From: a virus
Lineage: Duplodnaviria; Caudoviricetes
IMG/VR virus record: IMGVR_UViG_3300030107_003029
Location: 1 to 61,551 of that record
Length of the DNA: 61,551 nucleotides
Reading direction: 5' to 3' (one strand)
This document shows positions 39,366 to 47,392 of this stretch, in pieces (position 1 is the stretch's first letter; each line of letters opens with the position of its first letter). The translations under genes and the position numbers were made by a program. The notes under the pieces are model-generated. The model ran no database searches. It was not told the origin of the DNA and saw only the letters and a program-made list of their open reading frames with translations.

Positions 39366-39567
39366 ACAACACGGAGGGAATCATTACTCTAACTTCAAGA
39401 TTCAACCTTCCCAATTTATTAACGCTAACAATTTGCCTTTTGCAGAAGGGAATGCTATTAAGTATATTTGCAGACACCCATACAAAGGAAAGAAGGAAGA
39501 TTTGAAAAAAGCAATACACTACATAGAAATGATAATGGAGAGAGATTATGAAGATACCGAAGTTTGA
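39343..39567 (+). CDS. DUF3310 (SaV/T7 gp1.7-like) protein
   Basis: GGNHY...GNAIKYICR...KEDLKKAIHY. Confidence 0.85.
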   Translation: MKSKVYTKQHGGNHYSNFKIQPSQFINANNLPFAEGNAIKYICRHPYKGKKEDLKKAIHYIEMIMERDYEDTEV

Positions 39568-41401
39568 AGCACAAACTGAGTGGGTTAAACCTACAGAGTT
39601 TCCAGACCTAAGACAAGTAGATGAAATAGCAATTGACTTAGAGACAAAAGACCCAGGACTAAAGGAACGAGGATCAGGTTCTGTAATTGGTAATGGAGAT
39701 GTAGTAGGAATTTCTGTAGCAACTAGTCATTACAAAGGATACTTTCCTATTGCTCACGAAGGTGGTGGCAATATGGATAGAGATAAAGTTTTGGAATGGT
39801 TAAAAGACATTCTAGAATCCCCATCTACCAAGGTTTTTCATAACGCCATGTATGATGTGTGTTGGTTGAGAAGACTTGGACTTAAAATCAATGGCGATAT
39901 TGTTTGCACAATGATAGCCGCAGCTGTTACCAATGAGAACAGATTTCGTTATGATCTCAATAGTTTATCGTGGAAGTATTTAGGCTACGGTAAAAATGAA
40001 GCAGCCTTAACAGAGGCAGCACATAGTTGGGGTATAGATCCTAAAGCTGAAATGTATAAACTTCCTGCAATGCACGTTGGTGCGTATGCAGAAAGAGATG
40101 CTGAAGTAACTTTAGGTTTATGGCAAGAACTTAAGAAAGAAATTATTCATCAAGACTTAGAAGATATTTTTGATCTTGAAACAGAATTGTTTCCTTGTCT
40201 AGTTGATATGAGATTTAAGGGAGTAAGAGTAGATGTAGAAAAAGCACATCGAATGAAAAAAGAATTTATTAAAGAAGAGAATGATCTCCTTACTAAAATA
40301 GAATCTGAAACAAATATAAGACCACAAATTTGGGCGGCTAGAAGTATAGCAAATGTTTTTGATACACTCAAGATACCATATGAGAGAACAGAAAAAACTT
40401 CTGCACCTAGTTTTACTAAAAATTTTTTACAGGAACATGAACATCCTGTTGTTAATTTAATTGCACAAGCAAGAGAGATTAATAAAGCACACACAACTTT
40501 TATTGATTCGATATTAAGACACGAACACAAAGGAAGAATACACGCCGAGATAAACCAATTAAGATCCGATAACGGAGGAACAATAACAGGAAGATTTTCT
40601 TATCAGAATCCTAACCTCCAACAAATTCCTGCAAGGAACAAGGATCTCGGACCTAAGATCAGATCATTATTTATTCCCGAAGAAGGACATAAGTGGGGAT
40701 GCTTTGATTATTCTCAACAAGAACCAAGACTCGTAGTTCATTATGCATCTTTATATAAACTACCTTCGGTTTATGATGTAGTTGATGCTTATCAAAATGA
40801 TTCTAATTCAGATTTCCATGGAACAGTTGCTGAGATGGCTGACATACCAAGGACCCAAGCTAAAACAATTAACTTAGGTTTATTCTATGGAATGGGTAAA
40901 GCTAAACTTCAAGCAGAACTTGGTGTAAGTAAAGAGAAGGCAGAAGAATTATTTTCTCAGTACCATAACAAAGTACCTTTTGTTAAACAGTTAATGGGTA
41001 AAGCTTCTAACAGAGCTCAAGAGAGAGGACAAATCAGAACCTTACTTGGAAGATTATGTAGGTTCCATCTATGGGAACCAAATAGTTTTGGTATGCATAA
41101 AGCATTACCGCACGAAGAAGCACTCCAGGAACATGGACCAGGGATCAAGAGAGCATACACATACAAAGCATTAAATAAATTAATCCAAGGTAGTGCAGCG
41201 GATATGACAAAGAAATCTATGTTGGAATTATATAAGGAAGGAATTGTCGCACACATACAAATACATGATGAGTTGTGTGTTTCAGTTGAAAATAAATCTC
41301 AATCTGATAAAATAAAAAAAATAATGGAGGAGGCAGTAACCCTTGAAGTTCCTAATAAAGTGGACTATGAAGAGGGCGAAAACTGGGGTGAAATTCATTA
41401 A
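39548..41401 (+). CDS. polA: Family A DNA polymerase with 3'-5' exonuclease
   Basis: DLET, HNAMYD, TGRFS..PNLQQIP, DYSQQE, KTINLGLFYG, IQGSAAD, HDE. Confidence 0.96.
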   Translation: MKIPKFEAQTEWVKPTEFPDLRQVDEIAIDLETKDPGLKERGSGSVIGNGDVVGISVATSHYKGYFPIAHEGGGNMDRDKVLEWLKDILESPSTKVFHNAMYDVCWLRRLGLKINGDIVCTMIAAAVTNENRFRYDLNSLSWKYLGYGKNEAALTEAAHSWGIDPKAEMYKLPAMHVGAYAERDAEVTLGLWQELKKEIIHQDLEDIFDLETELFPCLVDMRFKGVRVDVEKAHRMKKEFIKEENDLLTKIESETNIRPQIWAARSIANVFDTLKIPYERTEKTSAPSFTKNFLQEHEHPVVNLIAQAREINKAHTTFIDSILRHEHKGRIHAEINQLRSDNGGTITGRFSYQNPNLQQIPARNKDLGPKIRSLFIPEEGHKWGCFDYSQQEPRLVVHYASLYKLPSVYDVVDAYQNDSNSDFHGTVAEMADIPRTQAKTINLGLFYGMGKAKLQAELGVSKEKAEELFSQYHNKVPFVKQLMGKASNRAQERGQIRTLLGRLCRFHLWEPNSFGMHKALPHEEALQEHGPGIKRAYTYKALNKLIQGSAADMTKKSMLELYKEGIVAHIQIHDELCVSVENKSQSDKIKKIMEEAVTLEVPNKVDYEEGENWGEIH

Positions 41402-41415
41402 TAAAAAGGTTTACA

Positions 41416-42066
41416 ATGGCTTATTTAAATGCAAATATACCTGTAACTTACGCACAAATAAGGAGGGAATACTTATATGACCTTACCGGACATTATGGAG
41501 AAGTTGAAGACTGTATTATCTTTGGCTTGGCATCGATTACAGGACGGCCTATACTCTTTCATGCAATCATGGAAAATGGTGCTGTCTTCTATCGTCTCCC
41601 GATTTCTGCCTTCATGCAGCGAGGCTTTAAACCAGAAGAAGTTCCTAAATATAGACTTGATGAGTTGGAGCTCTGGAATTGTTTTAGTTATTATCCTGCT
41701 GTTACTTCTTTCGATATTCTAGACGGACAATCGGGTAAATTTTTTGGTAAAGATAAAAAATTACATCCAGGAAAATATCTTTTTACCGTTGACTGGGGGC
41801 ACCCAGAGAGTAATATAGTAGATACAGATCATTCTGAAATACCGCACGAACATAAGTGCGCACACATACTTGCCTTAGACGACGGTAACTATGCGGCACA
41901 GCCAAACAATCGAATACTTTGGGACATACCATCATTTACAGTCAAGAATAATGTTCCTGACTGGAAAGTACAAACAAGTGATTGGAATGTTGAAGATAGT
42001 GGTAAATGGAAAACAGAAGATACCGATAGGTTCTTCTATAATATTGAGGATAAAAAAGATGACTGA
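41416..42066 (+). CDS. Conserved phage hypothetical protein
   Basis: YLFTVDW...EHKCAH...AQPNNR. Confidence 0.8.
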   Translation: MAYLNANIPVTYAQIRREYLYDLTGHYGEVEDCIIFGLASITGRPILFHAIMENGAVFYRLPISAFMQRGFKPEEVPKYRLDELELWNCFSYYPAVTSFDILDGQSGKFFGKDKKLHPGKYLFTVDWGHPESNIVDTDHSEIPHEHKCAHILALDDGNYAAQPNNRILWDIPSFTVKNNVPDWKVQTSDWNVEDSGKWKTEDTDRFFYNIEDKKDD

Positions 42067-42223
42067 ACGTTGGTGTAAAAAATGTAATAAAATGTGTCAC
42101 TGTCTTAATACAGAAGATGAGTGTACCAACTGTGAATGTAACGGTAGAGCAGAAGATAAAAGTTTTGAAAACGAAGGTGGTCTCGTAATTGACGACACCG
42201 GAGAATGTGAAAGCTGTCAATAA
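42059..42223 (+). CDS. 54-aa Cys-rich peptide (9 Cys), start ATG 42059
   Basis: GAGG RBS; CKKC..CHC..CTNCEC...ECESCQ. Confidence 0.7.
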   Translation: MTERWCKKCNKMCHCLNTEDECTNCECNGRAEDKSFENEGGLVIDDTGECESCQ

Positions 42224-42237
42224 TATGGAGGCTTATT

Positions 42238-42399
42238 ATGGACTACAGATTTACAGCAGTTTTGATAATTTTGATGTGTTTACTGGCTATTTTCGTACGT
42301 CCAGTTCAGGAGACACCATTGAAAGTTGATTCAAAAGATTATATACTTCCTAAACCAAAACCAATTGATGACGAAGCGGCTTGGAATGAGATTGAATGA
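42238..42399 (+). CDS. 53-aa membrane-anchored peptide (missed by ORF track)
   Basis: GGAGG RBS; N-terminal TM; ATGA coupling. Confidence 0.7.
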   Translation: MDYRFTAVLIILMCLLAIFVRPVQETPLKVDSKDYILPKPKPIDDEAAWNEIE

Positions 42400-42647
42400 T
42401 TGAAAAATTAATGACAATGTTGGTAGGAATCTTGCTAGCACTAGCTGGCTGGAGTCTATCTAGAACTTTTGAACTGTCAACTATCCAAGCAGTACAACAA
42501 GATAAAGTACACAAATTAGAAAGATATGTAGAAAAACTACAAGATCAAATGGATGACATGCAGGACTCTGATAAAGAGATCATGGACCAACACGAACAAT
42601 TATTTAAAAAATTAGAACAAGGCAACACAGGATATAGTTATAACTAA
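42396..42647 (+). CDS. N-terminal TM + coiled-coil protein
   Basis: Hydrophobic N-terminus. Confidence 0.7.
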   Translation: MIEKLMTMLVGILLALAGWSLSRTFELSTIQAVQQDKVHKLERYVEKLQDQMDDMQDSDKEIMDQHEQLFKKLEQGNTGYSYN

Positions 42648-43066
42648 TGGGTAAACCTCTCAAAATTTCTGAAGAAGCAGCTGTGCAAATGCCGATGAAA
42701 ACGGTAGCCTCTTTGATCGCGATGGTCGCGATTGGAACCTGGGCTTACTTCGGTATCATTGAGACGCAAAACAAAATTCAAACAACAGTAGAACTAATGT
42801 CTAAAGATTTAACTGAGAACACAGAGTTTAGAATCAAATGGCCACGGGGTCAACTTGGTTCACTTCCGGCAGATTCCGAGCAATTTATGATGATCGAGGA
42901 TTTATATAAGACCGTGGATAAGTTAAACAAACATATTGAATCAATGGCTTTAAACAAAGTCAACATAGAATTTTTAAGAAAACAAATGGATAAAGTTTTA
43001 GAAGATATTGAAAAGCTTAAAGATGCTAACAGAGAAATACATTATAAAAATGGAGGTCAAAATTGA
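42647..43066 (+). CDS. TM + coiled-coil protein (lysis-region)
   Basis: TM helix then heptads. Confidence 0.7.
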   Translation: MGKPLKISEEAAVQMPMKTVASLIAMVAIGTWAYFGIIETQNKIQTTVELMSKDLTENTEFRIKWPRGQLGSLPADSEQFMMIEDLYKTVDKLNKHIESMALNKVNIEFLRKQMDKVLEDIEKLKDANREIHYKNGGQN

Positions 43067-43272
43067 TAGAGAGTGTGATCGCCCTTCTGATGTTTGTAAA
43101 CGGAGAAATTAAGGAGCACCTTATTCAACCGTCAATGGCCCAATGCTTACGCGGGAAACGTGAAGCGGAGAGACAGTACTCCGAAACTGTATCTTATAAA
43201 TGCTATAAAGGTAAGGCTAAGACTGAGATATATCAGGGCAGAAAAAATATCAGAGCTTTAATCCTTGACTAA
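43063..43272 (+). CDS. Hypothetical protein
   Basis: GGAGG RBS, TTG start. Confidence 0.65.
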   Translation: MIESVIALLMFVNGEIKEHLIQPSMAQCLRGKREAERQYSETVSYKCYKGKAKTEIYQGRKNIRALILD

Positions 43273-43381
43273 AAAGAAAAACCCTATAGCTAAACATTTA
43301 AGACAAAGGAGATACAGAATGCTTGTAGTAAAGAATAAAAAGAAATATAACAGGAAGAGGTATAAAAATGCAACTGAGTAA
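43265..43381 (+). CDS. 38-aa basic peptide MTKKKNPIAKHLRQRRYRMLVVKNKKKYNRKRYKNATE (ArfA-like pattern)
   Basis: Fills gap, overlaps both neighbours; missed by ORF track. Confidence 0.55.
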   Translation: MTKKKNPIAKHLRQRRYRMLVVKNKKKYNRKRYKNATE

Positions 43382-43853
43382 ACATTTTAAATTAATAGAG
43401 TTCACTAAGTCCATGACTGCTACTCGTAAGGGTATCAAGAATGAACCAGGTGCCGGGGATATTAAAAACTTAGGGGATGTGTGCTATGAAATTTTGGAAC
43501 CGGTTCGTGCGAAGTTTGATAAACCCGTTACTATTACCTCTGGTTACAGATCGGAAGCACTTTGCGAAGCTATCGGCTCGAAAAAAACGAGCCAGCATGC
43601 TAAGGGCCAAGCGGTCGACTTCGAAATAGCAGGAGTACCAAACATTAAACTAGCATATTGGATTCAAAACAACTGTGACTTTGATCAATTAATCCTCGAG
43701 TTCTACGACAAAGACGATCCAGCCGGCGGATGGGTTCACTGCAGCTATAGTGAAAAAGGATCTAATAGAAAACAAGTTTTAACTTACGACGGGAAGAGTT
43801 ATGAAGATGGTCTTCCAGATATGGAATGGAAAGATGGTAAGGTAATTGGATGA
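43368..43853 (+). CDS. Endolysin, peptidase M15A
   Basis: ITSGYR, SQH..GQAVD, WVH. Confidence 0.9.
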   Translation: MQLSKHFKLIEFTKSMTATRKGIKNEPGAGDIKNLGDVCYEILEPVRAKFDKPVTITSGYRSEALCEAIGSKKTSQHAKGQAVDFEIAGVPNIKLAYWIQNNCDFDQLILEFYDKDDPAGGWVHCSYSEKGSNRKQVLTYDGKSYEDGLPDMEWKDGKVIG

Positions 43854-44059
43854 GATGGGTAACTGAAGTAGTAAATGGGGTATGTCCCGATTGTGCTAGA
43901 GAATCAATCCTTATTTCAATAGATAAATTTTTTAAATGCACTAGATGTGGGGGTGAATTAGAGCAGAAAATTAATGGTAAAATTAGCTATATTCCATCCG
44001 GTACTAAACCTGATGAAATTAAAATGATTCTAAAGAACGACGATGGGCAAAGCACCTAA
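43850..44059 (+). CDS. Zinc-ribbon protein
   Basis: CPDC...CTRC. Confidence 0.7.
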   Translation: MRWVTEVVNGVCPDCARESILISIDKFFKCTRCGGELEQKINGKISYIPSGTKPDEIKMILKNDDGQST

Positions 44060-44174
44060 GTTCGGCGTTAATAATTACCACAAAAGAACCCCCCGTAAAC
44101 GCCCAGGGAGGCACGCTAAGAGCTATTCTAAGAGAATCCCTAGGAGGAAGCCATATGTGGGGCAAGGTCGTTAA
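44043..44174 (+). CDS. 43-aa Arg/Lys-rich peptide ending YVGQGR (missed by ORF track)
   Basis: MGKAPKFG...RKPYVGQGR. Confidence 0.65.
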   Translation: MGKAPKFGVNNYHKRTPRKRPGRHAKSYSKRIPRRKPYVGQGR

Positions 44175-44192
44175 AATCGCTTTATTTTAAAG

Positions 44193-44221
44193 TTGACAAT
44201 ATTCTCAGACTATCCTATAAA
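44193..44221 (+). promoter_or_regulatory. Promoter TTGACA-17-TATAAA containing ATCCTATA
   Basis: Consensus match. Confidence 0.7.
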
Positions 44222-44241
44222 TTTACATCGAAAGGAAAAAT

Positions 44242-44451
44242 ATGAGAGAAATAAATATAAAGATAGATAAAATCACGCCAAAGCAATGGGCTAACTTTCT
44301 TATTGAATTAAATTTAATGAAGGATGCCTGGAAAAGATTTGGCCCTGAAGTAAATATTAAAGCTAAGAACTTTAATAAAATAATTAAATGGGGAAAGAGA
44401 AAACCAGGTGGACACGACGAAGATGGATCAGATAGCGATCCTTTGGAATAA
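44242..44451 (+). CDS. Hypothetical protein
   Basis: GAAAGGA RBS after promoter. Confidence 0.7.
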   Translation: MREINIKIDKITPKQWANFLIELNLMKDAWKRFGPEVNIKAKNFNKIIKWGKRKPGGHDEDGSDSDPLE

Positions 44452-44608
44452 AACCAAAGATCCTAAGTATAAAGAAGAATGGTATAAACTTATAAAGGAG
44501 TTTGCTAATGGACCTAATAATCTTAACCGACGGACTGTATCATCTAGTACCAGTAACCAAACAAATGACCGAGGGGATAGAACTCTTCACAAAGGTAAAT
44601 TGTTTTGA
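44408..44608 (+). CDS. Hypothetical protein
   Basis: WNKTKDPKYKEEW; overlapping. Confidence 0.5.
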   Translation: MDTTKMDQIAILWNKTKDPKYKEEWYKLIKEFANGPNNLNRRTVSSSTSNQTNDRGDRTLHKGKLF

Positions 44609-44723
44609 GCTCTGTGATATCTTAAGGATAAAATTAAGTACCTATGTGGATGCACCTTTTAACCAACATGTAATGAATGATGGTAGCGGGGATTTCTACG
44701 GATGTATTTGTAAAACTGATTAA
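44508..44723 (+). CDS. Hypothetical protein (start ATG 44508)
   Basis: AAGGAG upstream. Confidence 0.6.
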   Translation: MDLIILTDGLYHLVPVTKQMTEGIELFTKVNCFELCDILRIKLSTYVDAPFNQHVMNDGSGDFYGCICKTD

Positions 44724-44941
44724 GTAGTTTCTTCTACTTCTTGTTGTTGACAATAAAATTTAATTATAGTTCCATACTTATTTACATCTGAGGGTCCCAT
44801 CTCTCTAGCCTTTTTAAGAGACTCATTATATCCAGCAATCATACATTCGTAATGGCTATCATATGCAGTAGGCATTTGGTGAGGGGGTAAGCACTGCTGA
44901 TAAACACTGGTACAAATAATCATGCTTAATAAAAATTTCAT
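44720..44941 (-). CDS. Small secreted/Cys-containing hypothetical protein
   Basis: Hydrophobic N-terminus, 4 Cys. Confidence 0.6.
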   Translation of the reverse strand: MKFLLSMIICTSVYQQCLPPHQMPTAYDSHYECMIAGYNESLKKAREMGPSDVNKYGTIIKFYCQQQEVEETT

Positions 44942-45005
44942 TTGACTAATATTCTATATTATGAGATAAATCCTATAAATTAAATATGAAAGAAGGATAT
45001 ATTAA

Positions 45006-45200
45006 ATGACCGATACAAGCAAATATAAAAATGTATCATTATCACATAAGACCTATTCGAATTTAGAATTGCTTCGCAATAGTTTAGATCCTAATCTAAA
45101 ACTTAGCAGAAGTCAGACGGTAACTTATTTGGTCAATGAGAAATTAAAAAAGTTAAATGGTAAAGCAGAAAGGAAAGGCCATGACAAGAATAAAACATAA
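45006..45200 (+). CDS. Ribbon-helix-helix-like DNA-binding protein
   Basis: YKNVSLS..TY..L....LSRSQTV. Confidence 0.55.
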   Translation: MTDTSKYKNVSLSHKTYSNLELLRNSLDPNLKLSRSQTVTYLVNEKLKKLNGKAERKGHDKNKT

Positions 45201-45363
45201 AGCAATTTGTCCTTCCTGCAAAGGAAACGGATTCGTAAGAGTTCCTTACGAATTAGCAAGAGAAGAACAACATGCTAATTGTGAAGTATGTAAATCACAA
45301 GGAGAGATTACATTGGATGAAAAAGATTTTATTGATCAGTATAGTCCTAGTAAGTCTAACTAG
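45181..45363 (+). CDS. DnaJ-type zinc-finger small protein
   Basis: CPSCKGNG / CEVCKSQG. Confidence 0.7.
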   Translation: MTRIKHKAICPSCKGNGFVRVPYELAREEQHANCEVCKSQGEITLDEKDFIDQYSPSKSN

Positions 45364-45436
45364 TTGTAGCAAACATTTTGATGCCAATCCATTAACAACA
45401 GTAGGAAGGTATATAATAACTCATGGTAATAACTAA
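45317..45436 (+). CDS. 39-aa lipoprotein MKKILLISIVLVSLTSC... (missed by ORF track)
   Basis: Lipobox LTSC; GGAG upstream. Confidence 0.65.
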   Translation: MKKILLISIVLVSLTSCSKHFDANPLTTVGRYIITHGNN

Positions 45437-45626
45437 AGAAACAAAGACCGAGAACCGGGGAAAATCTGATTTACAATATCAGATTGATTACCTAACAAAT
45501 CAAAACAAGTTCCTTAAAAATAAACTTATTAAGGCAGCAGAAAATTTAAAAATATATAAAGAAGTATTAAGAAAGGAGGGAGAGCCGTCATTTATAGACC
45601 AACTACGTAAAGAAGGTAAAATGTGA
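45423..45626 (+). CDS. Coiled-coil hypothetical protein
   Basis: ORF, coupled. Confidence 0.6.
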   Translation: MVITKETKTENRGKSDLQYQIDYLTNQNKFLKNKLIKAAENLKIYKEVLRKEGEPSFIDQLRKEGKM

Positions 45627-45703
45627 ATAAAATTTTTTTCTTCATATTTGCATTCTTAGGATTGATGACCTTGTTATCAATTTATATGGTAGTTACTTTA
45701 TGA
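45623..45703 (+). CDS. 26-aa single-TM peptide (GTG start)
   Basis: GTGA/ATGA coupling at both ends. Confidence 0.5.
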   Translation: MNKIFFFIFAFLGLMTLLSIYMVVTL

Positions 45704-46044
45704 GTGATAGGTATCTTGCAGGACTCTTTGATGGCGAAGGGTGTGTAACCTATTCCAATAATATGGTAAAAAGAAAAGGAAAGAAAAAAGCTTACCCTAC
45801 CTGGAACATAAGATTAGAAATAGCTATGACTTGTAAAGAAACTATTCAATATGCTTTAGATACATTTGGTTGTGGACATATGAATTTTAGACCAAGGGCT
45901 TCTCATCAAACAATGGATCAATGGCGATGGCGTTGTTCTCATAGAGATGCTTTACAATGTGCAAAAAGGATGGTACCCTTCAGCATAACTAAAAAAGATA
46001 AATTAGAAAGTATAGTTAAACATTATGAAGTTAAAGATTCTTGA
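45700..46044 (+). CDS. Single-motif LAGLIDADG-like endonuclease/DNA-binding protein, free-standing
   Basis: YLAGLFDGEG...IAMT...FG.G...WRW...K. Confidence 0.8.
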   Translation: MSDRYLAGLFDGEGCVTYSNNMVKRKGKKKAYPTWNIRLEIAMTCKETIQYALDTFGCGHMNFRPRASHQTMDQWRWRCSHRDALQCAKRMVPFSITKKDKLESIVKHYEVKDS

Positions 46045-47392
46045 TCTATTCTCTGGACTGGGTGGTTTTTCACTTGGTTTAGAACGTACAGGAAGCTTTG
46101 AAACAGTAGCATTTTGCGACAACGATAAATATAGCAAATTAGTGCTGCAAAAACATTGGAAAGGAGTTAAGATATATAACGATGTCAAAGAAATCACAAA
46201 AGAAAAATTCATTACAGACGGAATTCAATTTCCCGATATCATCACAGGAGGGTTCCCGTGCCAACCGTTCTCGGTCGCAGGCAAACAAGCAGGAACCGAT
46301 GACGACAGACACCTCTGGCCTGTTATGTTTCGAATCATCCAAGAGTTTACCCCGAGGTGGGTTATTGGAGAAAATGTCAAAGGTCTTACTAACATCCAAG
46401 ACGGCGTGGTCTTCGAGACTGTGTGTACTGACTTGGAAGGAGAAGGTTACGAAGTCAGGACGTTCAATATTCCAGCTGCAAGCGTCGGCGCCCCGCATCG
46501 ACGCGAAAGACTCTGGATTGTTGCCCACCGAAAAGAATCTATGGTCAACCCCGACGACATTCGACTCGAACAACATAACACAGCCGAGGAAGAAACATCC
46601 TGGTGGAGGACAAGTACCACCTTTGAACCAACAAGTGATGTGGTTGACACCATCAGCAACGGTGAGGGGCGAGAGATCCCCCGAAGCTATGAAGAGGAGA
46701 GAGGAATACAGGAAGAGCATAGGCAGGACGACAGTTCCGCCAGGCTCACTAGCAGAACAAGTTCAATACGGCAAACCAACAACGGACATGAAGATATGGA
46801 GGACTCCCGACGCACATTGCGACAGGGGACCGAGCTCGGAGAAAAGAATGAAGATGAAGTTAGAGAAGGGTATGCCAATCAGCATCAACGATCAGGTAGC
46901 ACATCCGAATTTGATGTGGCCAACGCCAAGGGCGAACGAACCAGGGAGAACGACGAAGGGTTACGGTCGAGGACTAGCGGAGTTAGTGGAAGGCAAGGAA
47001 CAAGTGGAACCGAAGAAGATGTGGCCAACACCTACGCAAGACTCAGCAACGGAACGTACGAAGAAGTACAGTCAAGGGGGCAAACCATTAACACTAGCAG
47101 TGAAGGAAGCACAGATGTGGCCAACACCGAGAGCAGCGATCGGCATGACAATGAAGCTGTCGCAGGGAATGGCGAATCTTCGACACAAGAAGTATTTGGA
47201 GACGGAAGTAGCGTATCAGGAGAAGGCTCCTGGTGGCACACTGAACCCGACGTGGGTCGAGTGGCTCATGGGGTACCCGGCAGGGTATACAGACTTAAAG
47301 GATTGGGAAATTCTATCGTCCCGAAAATCGCGGAAGAAATCGGCAAAGCCATCATCGAAGCGGAAGGATTAAATGACAGCACCGAATCTTAG
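46025..47392 (+). CDS. dcm: DNA cytosine-5 methyltransferase, alpha-type chain (motifs I-VIII and X, no IX)
   Basis: LDLFSGLGG, GGFPCQPFS, GENV, PHRRERLW, RLKGLGNSIVP. Confidence 0.9.
   Translation: MKLKILDLFSGLGGFSLGLERTGSFETVAFCDNDKYSKLVLQKHWKGVKIYNDVKEITKEKFITDGIQFPDIITGGFPCQPFSVAGKQAGTDDDRHLWPVMFRIIQEFTPRWVIGENVKGLTNIQDGVVFETVCTDLEGEGYEVRTFNIPAASVGAPHRRERLWIVAHRKESMVNPDDIRLEQHNTAEEETSWWRTSTTFEPTSDVVDTISNGEGREIPRSYEEERGIQEEHRQDDSSARLTSRTSSIRQTNNGHEDMEDSRRTLRQGTELGEKNEDEVREGYANQHQRSGSTSEFDVANAKGERTRENDEGLRSRTSGVSGRQGTSGTEEDVANTYARLSNGTYEEVQSRGQTINTSSEGSTDVANTESSDRHDNEAVAGNGESSTQEVFGDGSSVSGEGSWWHTEPDVGRVAHGVPGRVYRLKGLGNSIVPKIAEEIGKAIIEAEGLNDSTES
46182..47372 (+). CDS. Nested +1-frame chain: six WxTP modules plus motif IX (beta-type chain); true start uncertain
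   Basis: 396 open codons inside the MTase; LNPTWVEWLMGYPAGYT resembles motif IX. Confidence 0.75.
   Translation: MSKKSQKKNSLQTEFNFPISSQEGSRANRSRSQANKQEPMTTDTSGLLCFESSKSLPRGGLLEKMSKVLLTSKTAWSSRLCVLTWKEKVTKSGRSIFQLQASAPRIDAKDSGLLPTEKNLWSTPTTFDSNNITQPRKKHPGGGQVPPLNQQVMWLTPSATVRGERSPEAMKRREEYRKSIGRTTVPPGSLAEQVQYGKPTTDMKIWRTPDAHCDRGPSSEKRMKMKLEKGMPISINDQVAHPNLMWPTPRANEPGRTTKGYGRGLAELVEGKEQVEPKKMWPTPTQDSATERTKKYSQGGKPLTLAVKEAQMWPTPRAAIGMTMKLSQGMANLRHKKYLETEVAYQEKAPGGTLNPTWVEWLMGYPAGYTDLKDWEILSSRKSRKKSAKPSSKRKD

Noticed and set aside
45700-46044. Intron or intein hosting the LAGLIDADG ORF
   Set aside because: Flanking genes are intact and coupled; no splice motifs
46139-47241. Antisense ORFs inside the methyltransferase
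   Set aside because: Expected by-product of higher GC and dual coding; no motifs
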